Shown here: piece by piece, positions 21,681 through 30,719 of the stretch
How positions within the stretch are numbered: position 1 is the stretch's first letter
Layout of the letters: each line of letters opens with the position of its first letter
NCBI GenBank assembly: GCA_036676495.1
Contig: JAKFCT010000014.1
Location: 101,893-165,892 of the forward strand
Length of the DNA: 64,000 bases
Source: Candidatus Sericytochromatia bacterium
GTDB taxonomy: Bacteria; Cyanobacteriota; Sericytochromatia; S15B-MN24; UBA4093
Reading direction: 5' to 3'
The notes under the pieces: model-generated
The model's input: only the letters and a program-made list of their open reading frames with translations
Databases searched by the model: none
What the model was told of the DNA's origin: nothing
Made by a program: the position numbers and the translations under genes

Positions 21681-23009
21681 ATGGCCCACTGGTCCACGAC
21701 CGCCACGTTCTATCACGTCTACCCCCTCGGAGCGCTGGGCGCTCCCGAGCGAAACGAGGGGGGGCCGACGGTTCCGCGCCTCGAGCGCATGCACGGCTGG
21801 CTGCCGCCCTTGAGGGAGCTCGGCATCGACGCCCTCTACCTGGGCCCCGTCTTCGAATCGACCGCCCACGGCTACGACACCGCCGATTACTTCAAGGTCG
21901 ATCGCCGGCTCGGCGACCATGAGACCTTGGCCCGCTTCTGCGAGGCCGCCCGCGCGCAGGGCATGCGCGTGGTGCTGGACGCCGTCTTCCATCACGTGGG
22001 GCGGGACTTCTGGGCGTTCCGGGACGTCCTCGCGCGCGGGCAGGCCTCACCCTACGCCGGCTGGTTCCACCTCGACTTCAGCCGCCGTAGCCCTGCGGGC
22101 GATCCCTTTGCCTACGAGGGCTGGAACGGCCATTACGACCTGGTGAAGCTCGACACCCGCCACCCGGAGGTTCGCGAGCACCTCTTCGCGGCCGTGAGCG
22201 CCTGGGTCTCGGAGTTCGGGATCGACGGCCTGCGGCTCGACGCGGCGGACGTCCTGGATCGGGATTTCCAGCGCGCGCTCGCCGCCCATTGCCGGGCCCT
22301 GCGTCCGGACTTCTGGCTCCTCGGCGAGGTGATCCACGGCGACTACCGCCGCTGGGTCGGGCCGGCCATGCTTGACGCCGTCACCAACTACGAGCTCTAC
22401 AAGGGCCTCTACTCCAGCCACAACGACCGCAACTACCACGAGGTCGCCTACTCCTTGAACCGGCAGTTCGGCACGGAGGGGATCTACCGGGACATGGCGC
22501 TCTACACCTTTGCCGACAACCACGACGTGGATCGCGTCGCCAGCAAGCTCCACTGCGCCGCGCACCTCGTCCCCCTTTACGCCCTCTTGTTCACCGTGCC
22601 CGGCGTGCCGTCCCTCTACTACGGCAGCGAATGGGGCCTACCCGGCAAGAAGACCGGGCACTCCGATGCCCCGCTGCGGCCCGAATTCGATCCCACGGCG
22701 TGCTCGGGCCCGCGCGCGGATCTTCGGGGGGCGATCGCCCACCTGAGCCACCTGCGCCGCCAGCACCCGGCCCTCCGGCACGGGCGCTACCAGCAGCTTC
22801 ACGTCACCTCCGAGCTCTTCGCCTTCCTGCGCGAATCCCCCGAGGAACGGATCGTCGTGGCCGTGAACGCCGCGGATCAGGCCGCCACGCTGCCCCTGAG
22901 CCTGCCCGGAGCCGGGCCCTGGACGGATCTGAGCGATCCGCAGACCCCGGTGAGCGCGGGCCACGTGACGGTCCCACCCTGCGGGTGGCGCATGCTGCGC
23001 GCCGGCTGA
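21681..23009 (+). CDS. GH13 alpha-amylase family glycosidase (cyclomaltodextrinase/neopullulanase-like, cytoplasmic)
   Basis: HGYDTADY, VLDAVFHH, DGLRLDAA, GEVIH, FADNHDVDR, GVPSLYYGSEWG; AAGGAG RBS. Confidence 0.9.
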   Translation: MAHWSTTATFYHVYPLGALGAPERNEGGPTVPRLERMHGWLPPLRELGIDALYLGPVFESTAHGYDTADYFKVDRRLGDHETLARFCEAARAQGMRVVLDAVFHHVGRDFWAFRDVLARGQASPYAGWFHLDFSRRSPAGDPFAYEGWNGHYDLVKLDTRHPEVREHLFAAVSAWVSEFGIDGLRLDAADVLDRDFQRALAAHCRALRPDFWLLGEVIHGDYRRWVGPAMLDAVTNYELYKGLYSSHNDRNYHEVAYSLNRQFGTEGIYRDMALYTFADNHDVDRVASKLHCAAHLVPLYALLFTVPGVPSLYYGSEWGLPGKKTGHSDAPLRPEFDPTACSGPRADLRGAIAHLSHLRRQHPALRHGRYQQLHVTSELFAFLRESPEERIVVAVNAADQAATLPLSLPGAGPWTDLSDPQTPVSAGHVTVPPCGWRMLRAG

Positions 23010-23148
23010 GGCGCCCGGCGGCCGCATCGCCTGCGAAACGACGGAAATAGGGCATTTTTCCGTAGGAAGTACGGATGAGGCAAACCCGATCCGGGGGAAT
23101 ACTGCCAAGAGTCCCCATGGAGGCCGACAGGGGCGAGCGAGGAAAACC

Positions 23149-24735
23149 GTGACCGTCAATCCACTACCGACTTCCGACGTCCTCGAGGCCCGCCGCATGG
23201 TGGGCCTGCTGCACGAAGCCGCCTTCGCCTTCTCCCGGGCGACGCGCCGGATCACCGCCTGGAACACGTATGCGCAGGCGATCTTCGGGGTGAGCGAAGC
23301 CCAAGCCCTGGAGCTGGACGTCGAGGCGCTGCTGGTGCCGGAAGCGCCGTTCGAGGCGACCGGCGTGCTGGCTGGACCCATGCGGCTGGGGCTGCGTCGC
23401 CCGGACGGGGCGCTCGTCCCGGCGCAGCTCTCCTTCAGTCCGCTGGGGGAAAGCCCTGACGCCATGGTCCTGGCGATCGTCAGGATGGAAGAGCCTGCGC
23501 TCCAGGCCCGCGAGAACCTGTTTCGGAGCGTCTTCGAGCGGGCCGCGACGGGGATCGCCCTGACCGACCTGAAAGGTCACTTCCTCGAGTGCAACGAGGC
23601 CTTCCAGAGCCTGGTCGGCTTCAAGCAGCGCGAGCTGCGGCACCTGAGCTTCGACGCCCTCTCGCATCCCACGGATCGCGTCAAGGATTCCGCCGCCTTC
23701 CGAGATCTGCTCGAAGGGCGCCGGGACTTCTACGACGTCACGCAGCGCATGGTACACAAGGAGGGGAGCGTCATCTGGATCCATGCGACCCTCTCGCTCG
23801 TGAAGGATGCCGCTGACCAGCCGCTCTACTGCATCGCCCTCGTCACCGACATCACCGAGGAGCGGCACGCGGCTCAACGGGCGGCCATACAGCTGACCAT
23901 GACCAAGCTCCTGGCCGAGAACCCTCCGACCAACCTGGCCATCGTTCAGGTCATGCAGGCCATCTGCAAGACGCTCGACTGGCAATTCGGAGAGTACTGG
24001 ACGGCGGATGACGGCGACTTGACCTTGCGCCGGCAGGTCAGCTGGCAGGTCCCGGGTTTCGTGGCGACGGAGTTCACCATGATCGGGGAAGCCGTCACCA
24101 TGAACGTGGGGGAAGGCCTTCCCGGCAAGGTCTGGCTCGAGCGAAGGCCCGCGTGGTTCTCGGACGTGCTGAGGGAGAGCAACTTCCTGCGCAAGCGCAT
24201 GGCCGAGCAAGCAGGTATCAAGGGAGCGCTCGCGTTCCCGGTATCCAGCCCTACGGGGATGCTGGGCGTGATGGTCTTCGCCTACCGGGATTTCCGGCAT
24301 CCCGACCAGAACCTTCTCGACATGATGGCCGAGTGCGGCGCCCAGCTCGGGCAGTTCATCGTGCGCAAGCAAGCCGAGAGACAGCTCAAGCTTCTCGGAG
24401 CCATCGTCCATTCCTCCGGAGAGGCCATCGTCGGAACGGATCTCCAAGGCACGATCACCAGCTGGAACCCGTCCGCGCAGCGGCTCTTCGGCTACACCGC
24501 CGAGGAGGCGGTGGGCAAATCCTGCGTCAGCCTCTTTCCCCCCGATCGCCTCGAGGCCTTGGTCGAGGCCATGGATCGGGTTCGCCAGGGGGGCCCGACG
24601 CCGCGCGTGGAGCTGGTGGCTCTGAGCAAGTTCGGAACCATGCACGAGGTCTGGGTGACCCCGTCCCGCATCACGGACGACGGCGGAGCGGCCGCCGGCT
24701 TCTCGATCACGGTCTACGACGTGTCGAACCGCTAG
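23149..24735 (+). CDS. PAS-PAS-GAF-PAS sensor protein with no output domain
   Basis: FRSVFERAATGIAL..., GEGLPGKVW GAF motif, ITSWNPSAQRLFGY PAS; ends at the PAC (YDVSNR). Confidence 0.85.
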   Translation: MTVNPLPTSDVLEARRMVGLLHEAAFAFSRATRRITAWNTYAQAIFGVSEAQALELDVEALLVPEAPFEATGVLAGPMRLGLRRPDGALVPAQLSFSPLGESPDAMVLAIVRMEEPALQARENLFRSVFERAATGIALTDLKGHFLECNEAFQSLVGFKQRELRHLSFDALSHPTDRVKDSAAFRDLLEGRRDFYDVTQRMVHKEGSVIWIHATLSLVKDAADQPLYCIALVTDITEERHAAQRAAIQLTMTKLLAENPPTNLAIVQVMQAICKTLDWQFGEYWTADDGDLTLRRQVSWQVPGFVATEFTMIGEAVTMNVGEGLPGKVWLERRPAWFSDVLRESNFLRKRMAEQAGIKGALAFPVSSPTGMLGVMVFAYRDFRHPDQNLLDMMAECGAQLGQFIVRKQAERQLKLLGAIVHSSGEAIVGTDLQGTITSWNPSAQRLFGYTAEEAVGKSCVSLFPPDRLEALVEAMDRVRQGGPTPRVELVALSKFGTMHEVWVTPSRITDDGGAAAGFSITVYDVSNR

Positions 24736-24754
24736 CCCGAGGGCTAGCGGTTCG
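24725..24754. terminator. Stem-loop between convergent PAS gene and cheV
   Basis: CGAACCGCTAGCCC-GA-GGGCTAGCGGTTCG followed by CTTTGT. Confidence 0.65.
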
Positions 24755-24774
24755 CTTTGTCTGGGGCTTGAGAC

Positions 24775-25719
24775 TTAGGCTTCGACGGGAACCGGAGCCA
24801 CTCCGAAGAGGATTTCGTCCACCATGTTGACCAGCTGCGGAAGGTCCGGCTTCCGGATCAGGTCGAGGGCTCCGAGTTTGAGGGCCTTGTCCCGGTTCGA
24901 GTCGTTGCCCAGCGAAGAGAACATGATGACCGGAAGTTCCTTGAGAACGTCCGTGGACTTGATCCGCGAGAGCAGGTGCAAGCCGTCCATCTTGGGCATC
25001 TCGATGTCGGAGATGACCAGATCGGGGAGCGTCCCGTCCTTGGCGCCCTCCTCGAGCATGGTCCACGCCACTTCGCCGTTCTCGGCCGACTTGACCTGGT
25101 AGCCCGCCGCCGAGAGGGTGCTGAGGATGATCCGGCGGATGGCGCTCGAATCCTCGACCACCCAGATCTGCTTCGACTCGCGCGAGAGGTCGGAGGCCGC
25201 GGCGGCGGCTTCGCCCTTGAGGCGGATGCCCGGGTTGATGTCCGCGATGATGGCCTCGAAGTCGAGCATCAGGAGGATCCGGTCGTCGATCTTGACCACC
25301 GAGGTCAGGCAATCCCCCAGGCTCAGCGCGATATCCGAGGGAGGCGGGACGACCTGCTCCCAGGAGAGACGGTGGATGCGGGTGATGGCGTCGACGATGA
25401 AGCCGTTCACCACGCCGTTGAACTCCGTGACGATCACCCGCGACTTCTTGGTCACGGTGGTGGGGAGACCGAGCCATTTCGCGAGGTTGATCAGCGTGAT
25501 GACCTGGCCCCGCAGGTTGATGGCCCCGGCCACGGCGGGATGCGTCATGGGGATCGTGAGGATCTCCGGCACCATGACGATCTCCTTGACCTTGGCGACG
25601 TTGATCCCGTAGTAGCCCATGTGGACCTGGCCCTCGCGGGTGGGGGTATTCAGCTGGAACTCCACCACCTCCAGCTCGTTGGTTCCTGCATCGAGCAGGA
25701 TCCCGCCTTGGTAACTCAT
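24775..25719 (-). CDS. cheV: Chemotaxis protein CheV (CheW + receiver)
   Basis: ILLDAGTNELEVVEF, YGINVAKVKEI, VVEDSS, ISDIEMPKMDG, FSSL; AGGAGG RBS. Confidence 0.93.
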   Translation of the reverse strand: MSYQGGILLDAGTNELEVVEFQLNTPTREGQVHMGYYGINVAKVKEIVMVPEILTIPMTHPAVAGAINLRGQVITLINLAKWLGLPTTVTKKSRVIVTEFNGVVNGFIVDAITRIHRLSWEQVVPPPSDIALSLGDCLTSVVKIDDRILLMLDFEAIIADINPGIRLKGEAAAAASDLSRESKQIWVVEDSSAIRRIILSTLSAAGYQVKSAENGEVAWTMLEEGAKDGTLPDLVISDIEMPKMDGLHLLSRIKSTDVLKELPVIMFSSLGNDSNRDKALKLGALDLIRKPDLPQLVNMVDEILFGVAPVPVEA

Positions 25720-25913
25720 GTTGCCTCCTGGCCCGGTATGACGACGCGATACTGTTGACTCATACCACAAGGCCGAGGTCGCCTGCCAGCGAAGGAACTA
25801 CGTAATTCTCCCGGATCGGTGTCACGGGGAGCGCGGGACCGGTCGAATCGCCTTGACAGTGCAGCATGGGAGGGTTAAGGTGGCGTTGGAGTTTGGTGAT
25901 GGGAGGGCTGGCC

Positions 25914-26915
25914 ATGTTTGATCCGCGTCGGGCCTTGACCCCGCCGGCCTGGAGCAAGGTCCGCCCCCCGCAGCCGGCCCACGATTCCCGTTCCGAGAAG
26001 GGGCGCATCCGCAGCCTCACCCACGGGAACCTCGCCTGGATCGATCTCTCCGATCCCACTCCCGAGAACATCGCCTACCTCGAGGAGAACTTCCCGTTCC
26101 ACCCGCTGGACCTCGACGATCTCTCCAGCCGCCGGCAGCGCCCGAAGCTGGACGAGTACGACGACTACCTCTTCCTGGTCTTGCAGTTCCCGGTCTACGA
26201 CAAGCGCCTCAGGGTGACGACGCCGTCCGAGGTGGACGTCTTCGTGGGTCCGGACTTCCTGATCACCATCCACAAGGGGCGGGTCTGGCCGCTGGACCGC
26301 TACTTCGAGGCCTGCGAGCGTTCGGAGAAGATGCGCGAGGAAGACATGGGCATGGGCTCGGGCTACCTCTTGTACCGGATCGTCGACCAACTGGTCGATA
26401 ACTTCTTCCCGATCGTCTACAAGATTGAGCGCAACGTCCAGGAAATCGAGGACATGATCTTCACGCACGGCGGCCGCGAGACGGTCGAGGAGATCTCGGT
26501 CCTGCGGCGCGACATCATCGCCTACCGCCGGATCGTCAAGCCCTTGATGCCCGTCATCTCCCGCCTGGAATACCTCAAAAGCCGGCTGATCCACGAGGAC
26601 CTCGAGGTGTACTTCTCGGATATCGGTGACCACCTCGCCCGGGTCTGGGAGTCCCTGGAGGACCAGAAGGGCATCATCGAGGCCCTCAACGATACCCATG
26701 ACTCCTTGATCTCGCACCGCACCAACGAGGTCATCCGCGCGCTGACCGTCATCTCCGTGATCATCCTGCCCCTGACCCTGGTCTCCGGGCTCTACGGCAT
26801 GAACGTCCGGCTGCCCTTCGGGGAATGGGCCTACGCCTTCGAAGCCATCCTGGCCCTGATGGGACTGACCGCCATCACCATGCTGGTCTTTTTCAAATCC
26901 CGCCGCTGGATCTGA
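25914..26915 (+). CDS. corA: CorA family Mg2+/Co2+ transporter
   Basis: HPLDLDD, QRPKLDEY, LVSGLYGMNV signature, two C-terminal TM; TTGACA-N17-TAAGGT promoter upstream. Confidence 0.93.
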   Translation: MFDPRRALTPPAWSKVRPPQPAHDSRSEKGRIRSLTHGNLAWIDLSDPTPENIAYLEENFPFHPLDLDDLSSRRQRPKLDEYDDYLFLVLQFPVYDKRLRVTTPSEVDVFVGPDFLITIHKGRVWPLDRYFEACERSEKMREEDMGMGSGYLLYRIVDQLVDNFFPIVYKIERNVQEIEDMIFTHGGRETVEEISVLRRDIIAYRRIVKPLMPVISRLEYLKSRLIHEDLEVYFSDIGDHLARVWESLEDQKGIIEALNDTHDSLISHRTNEVIRALTVISVIILPLTLVSGLYGMNVRLPFGEWAYAFEAILALMGLTAITMLVFFKSRRWI

Positions 26916-27004
26916 CTACCAAACCCACCGATCGGCGTGCTATCATTCAACCATGCGACCCTTGAGAGTCGCTCCCCACGCGCGTTTACCGGAGGTCTTC
27001 TTTA

Positions 27005-27619
27005 ATGCCCAAGCGGCTCGCCTTGTCCATGGTGTTGCTCTTCGTTCCGCTGCATGCGTGGGCGGTTCCGAACCCCGATGCCATCTACCGGTTGACCGCC
27101 GACGAGGAGCGCCGGGTGCAAAAGGGCGAGATCATCGTGCATGTCGAGGAGACGGGCGAGCCCATCAAGCGCACCATGGTGACGGGCTTGATCGACGCGC
27201 CTCCCGAGGTGGTCTATCCCGTCTACACGGATTTCGAGAGCTACCCCGAGCTTTTCAAGAGCGCCCGCTCCTCGGACGTGATCAAGCGCGAGGGCAACGT
27301 CCTCACCTGCAAGGTGGTCATGGACTTCCCCTGGCCGCTGGGTAGCCGCTGGGTCAGCAACTACACGTACCTGGATCCGGCCAACACCTCCTTCACCTTC
27401 AAGAAGTTCGAGGGATCGGTCAAGCTCTACGAAGGGGCCCTCAAGGTCCTTCCCGAGTCGAAATCGCGCAGCCGGGTGGTGTACACCGCCAAGGTCGACC
27501 CCGACCTCCCGGTGCCGGCTTGGCTGGTGAACATGATCTCGGCGCATTACTTCCCGATGGCCGTGCAGCGTGTCCGCGACAAGGTGGCCAAGTCCGGAAC
27601 CCGCAGGGCGGCGGAATAA
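27005..27619 (+). CDS. Secreted SRPBCC/START-like ligand-binding protein
   Basis: Signal peptide (AWA cleavage site), IDAPPEVVY..TDFESYPE, DFPWPLGSRW, DPDLPVPAWLVN. Confidence 0.75.
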   Translation: MPKRLALSMVLLFVPLHAWAVPNPDAIYRLTADEERRVQKGEIIVHVEETGEPIKRTMVTGLIDAPPEVVYPVYTDFESYPELFKSARSSDVIKREGNVLTCKVVMDFPWPLGSRWVSNYTYLDPANTSFTFKKFEGSVKLYEGALKVLPESKSRSRVVYTAKVDPDLPVPAWLVNMISAHYFPMAVQRVRDKVAKSGTRRAAE

Positions 27620-27718
27620 GCGCCGGAATCGACCCGTCCGAAGAGGCGGCGAGAGGCGGTTGATCTCGGTCTCACCCTGAGCTAGGGTCGAGAATGCATC
27701 CGGGAAAGGAGGCCAGAG

Positions 27719-27904
27719 ATGGACCGCGAGATCCAAAGCTCCATGAGCAACGCCGATCTTTTGACGCCAACCACCTCCCAAAGCTTCAAGTGCACCAGGT
27801 GCGGCAACATGTACCCGGTGAGCCAGGAGACGTGCGACGTCTGCGGCAACCACTGCACCCCCGAGAGTTGCCGGGTGGTGGAAGCCAGCAACGAAGGCTA
27901 TTAA
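27719..27904 (+). CDS. Small Cys-rich putative zinc-ribbon protein (61 aa)
   Basis: GGAAAGGAGG RBS; CTRC-x10-CDVC-x3-C-x4-C. Confidence 0.7.
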   Translation: MDREIQSSMSNADLLTPTTSQSFKCTRCGNMYPVSQETCDVCGNHCTPESCRVVEASNEGY

Positions 27905-28030
27905 CCCAAGTCATTTTTAACGCTTCCTCCGCCGAACCTTAACCCCCGCTTTACCTGATTGCGGCGCGTCCCTTCGATAAGAGACGTGTACAAACTTAAA
28001 ATCACGTAAAGTGGAGGATAAATTAACCCC

Positions 28031-29299
28031 ATGCAGAAGCAAGTCAAGCTGCTTTCGGCGACCTTGGCGGTGGCGGCTCTCCTGGCGGGCTGCGGCCTCA
28101 ACCCGATCGCGTCGCTCTCCGGCGGCGACGGCCCGTTCCGGGGAGCGTCCGCCGGAGCTCCGTGGTCCCTGTTGACCTTCTTCGCACTCGACAACGACCT
28201 CGATCACGGGACCGGCATCGTGAACCGCCTGCATGCCGCTTCGCAGCGCGCCGGCAACGTCGCCTCGGTGACGTTCTACGACGGAGCCAAGAACAACGAC
28301 ACGCTCTACGTCTACGAGACCGCTCCCGGCGTCAGCGCCAAGACCGTCAACCAGCGGGAGGCCGATTCCGGCACCGCCGCGGCGCTCAATGCCTTCGTGA
28401 CCTTCGCGGGCCAGAACACCCCGGCCCAGCGCCGCGCCCTCTCGATGGCGGACCACGGCGGCGGGATCGTGCGCGGCATCTGCTCGGACTGGAACGGCCC
28501 CGGCGGCAAGAAGATCATCCACATGAACGAGGTCGCCCAGGTCCTGGAGCAGAACCCCGTCGAGATCATGCTCTTCGATGCTTGTTTCATGCAGATGGCC
28601 GAGGTGGGCTACGAGCTCCGCAAGGGCGCCAAGGTGTTGATCGCCGCCCAGACGACCACGCGGGGCGACTTCCCCTACGAGAACATCGTCAAGGTCCTGG
28701 ATGCGAACCCCAAGGCGGAGAGCCGCCAGATCGCAAGCGAGCTGCTGAACGTGATCGCCGACAACGCGCGCTACGAGGTGGCGTTCGGCGCGATGGACAT
28801 CACCAAGAGCGAGGAGCTCGCGCGCCGGATGGCCGCGCTCTCGGACGTGCTCCTGGTGAAGATCAAGGATCGCGGGACCAAGAAGGCGATCGCCAGCGCC
28901 ATCCGCGGCTCCATGGCCTATGCCAACGAGACCTCGCCGGGCCTGACGATGTACAACCACTACCGCGACTTGATCGACGTCATGGCGAACCTCGCCAAGG
29001 TCGGAGACGCGGAGATCGCAGCCGCCGCCCAGGCGGTCACCGTGGCGGCCAAAGCCTCCATCATCGGGGAGCGGCACCGCGGTGCCGGCTTCTTCGGCGG
29101 GGAGCTGAACCTGGACAAGGCTTCCGGCCTCGCAATCTACGCCCAGGTCGATGGGCCGGTGGAGTCCAAGTACCTCCAGCGCGCCTGGAACCGGGACACC
29201 CGCTGGGGTGATTTCCTCGCGCAGCTGAACTCGGGCGGTTCCTGGGGCCCCGCGGTCCAGCAGGACAAGTACCCGTACGCCTTCCCCTCGCGCAACTAA
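28031..29299 (+). CDS. Clostripain-like (C11) cysteine peptidase lipoprotein
   Basis: LAG-C lipobox, ALDNDL, DHGGG (His) and LFDACFM (Cys) catalytic motifs, ASGLAIY. Confidence 0.85.
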   Translation: MQKQVKLLSATLAVAALLAGCGLNPIASLSGGDGPFRGASAGAPWSLLTFFALDNDLDHGTGIVNRLHAASQRAGNVASVTFYDGAKNNDTLYVYETAPGVSAKTVNQREADSGTAAALNAFVTFAGQNTPAQRRALSMADHGGGIVRGICSDWNGPGGKKIIHMNEVAQVLEQNPVEIMLFDACFMQMAEVGYELRKGAKVLIAAQTTTRGDFPYENIVKVLDANPKAESRQIASELLNVIADNARYEVAFGAMDITKSEELARRMAALSDVLLVKIKDRGTKKAIASAIRGSMAYANETSPGLTMYNHYRDLIDVMANLAKVGDAEIAAAAQAVTVAAKASIIGERHRGAGFFGGELNLDKASGLAIYAQVDGPVESKYLQRAWNRDTRWGDFLAQLNSGGSWGPAVQQDKYPYAFPSRN

Positions 29300-29317
29300 C
29301 CCTCAAGTCGAAGAGAG

Positions 29318-29347
29318 GCCCGGGACTCCACGCGCGGAGTCCCGGGC
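29318..29347. terminator. Stem-loop between convergent genes
   Basis: GCCCGGGACTCC-N6-GGAGTCCCGGGC. Confidence 0.6.
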
Positions 29348-29348
29348 T

Positions 29349-29750
29349 TCACGCGTCTTGATCCGGCAGCAGCCGCATCACCGCTTCCGGCACCGGGGCG
29401 GGACGCCCAGTCTTGGCGTCGAGGATCAACCCGACCTGCCGGGCATCCGCGACCACCTCGCCGCTCTTGCGGCTCCGGAACGTGGCTTCCAGGGTGAGCG
29501 AGGTCCGTCCCGCCTCCACCAGGCGCATCTCGCCGCGGACATGATCCGGGAAGCGAACCGGCGCACGGTAGTTGATGGTCGTGTGGACCAGCGTGGGGAA
29601 GAGTTGCTGGGAGACGAGGTCTTCCAGGGACATGGCCGAACTCAGGTAGGCCATGCGGAGGTCTTCCAGCCATCGCAGGTAGACGAGGTTGCTGACGACC
29701 CCCGCGAAATCGATGTCGTAGGTCTTGACCTCGATGTCCAGGGCGATCAC
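29349..29750 (-). CDS. Acyl-CoA thioesterase (4HBT/YbgC hotdog fold)
   Basis: YDIDFAGVVSNLVYLRWLE motif; GTG start overlapping the upstream stop. Confidence 0.88.
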   Translation of the reverse strand: MIALDIEVKTYDIDFAGVVSNLVYLRWLEDLRMAYLSSAMSLEDLVSQQLFPTLVHTTINYRAPVRFPDHVRGEMRLVEAGRTSLTLEATFRSRKSGEVVADARQVGLILDAKTGRPAPVPEAVMRLLPDQDA

Positions 29751-29959
29751 GCGTTGACTTCCTCGCTGAGCCAGGTGACGGTCGCAGGACGCTGCGCCGC
29801 CGGTTCGGGATCCATGTCGCGGCGACCGCGGAGGAGTTCGCGGTCGATATCCTCCTGGGTGATCGTGAGGCCTTCGAACCAGGTGGGGCCGTTGAGGGGC
29901 TTTCCGGCGATCCAGCGGCGGACGGGGCGGAGCAGTTTTCCGGGGCGGATGAGTTTCAT
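29747..29959 (-). CDS. Small hypothetical protein (70 aa)
   Basis: AAAGGA RBS, fills the gap between tetR and thioesterase, GTGA coupling. Confidence 0.6.
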   Translation of the reverse strand: MKLIRPGKLLRPVRRWIAGKPLNGPTWFEGLTITQEDIDRELLRGRRDMDPEPAAQRPATVTWLSEEVNA

Positions 29960-29971
29960 GGCTTTTCCTTT

Positions 29972-30595
29972 CTAGGGGGACGTCGGGGCGAGCGTCGGTT
30001 TCAGGTAGCCCAACAAGGCGTTGAGGCAGTGGTTGCGGTAGCGTTCGAAGGCGGCCGGATCCGGATCGAAGAGCATCTGGATGCACATGCCGTCGATCAC
30101 GGCCCGGCCGAATGCGGCGGCCTCCGCGAGATCCACCTCGCGGAAGCAGCCCTGACGGATGCCCTCGGTGAGAATGGCTTGGTTGATGTCGCGGCAGAGC
30201 GCATAGAACTCGGCGTTGACCTGGCCGAAGAGCGGGTTGCGCGCGCCCTGGCTCAGGAAGTCCAGGTAGATCGTGTAGAAGTCACGAAGCTCCGACGCTC
30301 CCTGGAAGACCGAGTCGACCACGGCGGTGAGGGCTTGCTCGGGATCGGCGACGGCCAGGGCGCGGGCTTTCATGCGGCTGCCGATGCGGGCGATCAGCCA
30401 GCTCCAGCAGGCCCGGAAGATCTCCTCCTTGGTGTGGAAGTAGTAGACCGTGACTCCCTTGCTGACTCCGGCGCGCTGGGCGATATCCTCCAAGGTGATG
30501 TCCTTGAAGGGCTTGGTGAGCAGGACCTGATACGCCGCCTTGAGGAGTTCCTCGCGGCGAAGCGCCTGCTGCTCGGGATCGACCTTGCGCGCCAT
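29972..30595 (-). CDS. TetR family regulator (BetI-like C-terminus)
   Basis: ITLEDIAQRAGVSKGVTVYYFHTKEEIF; AGGAGG RBS before ATG 30595. Confidence 0.92.
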   Translation of the reverse strand: MARKVDPEQQALRREELLKAAYQVLLTKPFKDITLEDIAQRAGVSKGVTVYYFHTKEEIFRACWSWLIARIGSRMKARALAVADPEQALTAVVDSVFQGASELRDFYTIYLDFLSQGARNPLFGQVNAEFYALCRDINQAILTEGIRQGCFREVDLAEAAAFGRAVIDGMCIQMLFDPDPAAFERYRNHCLNALLGYLKPTLAPTSP

Positions 30596-30607
30596 CGCGG
30601 CCTCCTT

Positions 30608-30655
30608 TATCTGACCAGTTAGATAGTTTATACGCCAGCCGACCGGAGCCGTCAA
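30608..30655 (-). promoter_or_regulatory. tetR promoter (TTGACG-N17-TATAAA) with imperfect palindromic operator TATCTGACCAGTTAGATA at 30608-30625
   Basis: Consensus hexamers on the minus strand; palindrome overlaps the predicted TSS. Confidence 0.65.
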
Positions 30656-30684
30656 CCGGGTTTTCTTCGGATCCCGGCGTGGGA

Positions 30685-30713
30685 TTGACCTGTCAATTGA
30701 CAGGTGGTAGACT
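30685..30713 (+). promoter_or_regulatory. Promoter TTGACC-N17-TAGACT containing perfect palindrome ACCTGTCAATTGACAGGT (30688-30705)
   Basis: Read directly; ATG 30720 lies 6 nt after the -10, no SD. Confidence 0.7.
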
Positions 30714-30719
30714 CGGACG

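Noticed and set aside
23075-23130. GGCAAACC resembling a c-di-GMP-I riboswitch upstream of the PAS gene
   Set aside because: Lacks the GNRA-capped P2 and the GACGCAAAGC core
26953-27345. ORF starting 6 nt after TATCAT (possible leaderless overlapping gene)
   Set aside because: Out of frame over the SRPBCC gene, which has a good SD; translation looks like shadow sequence
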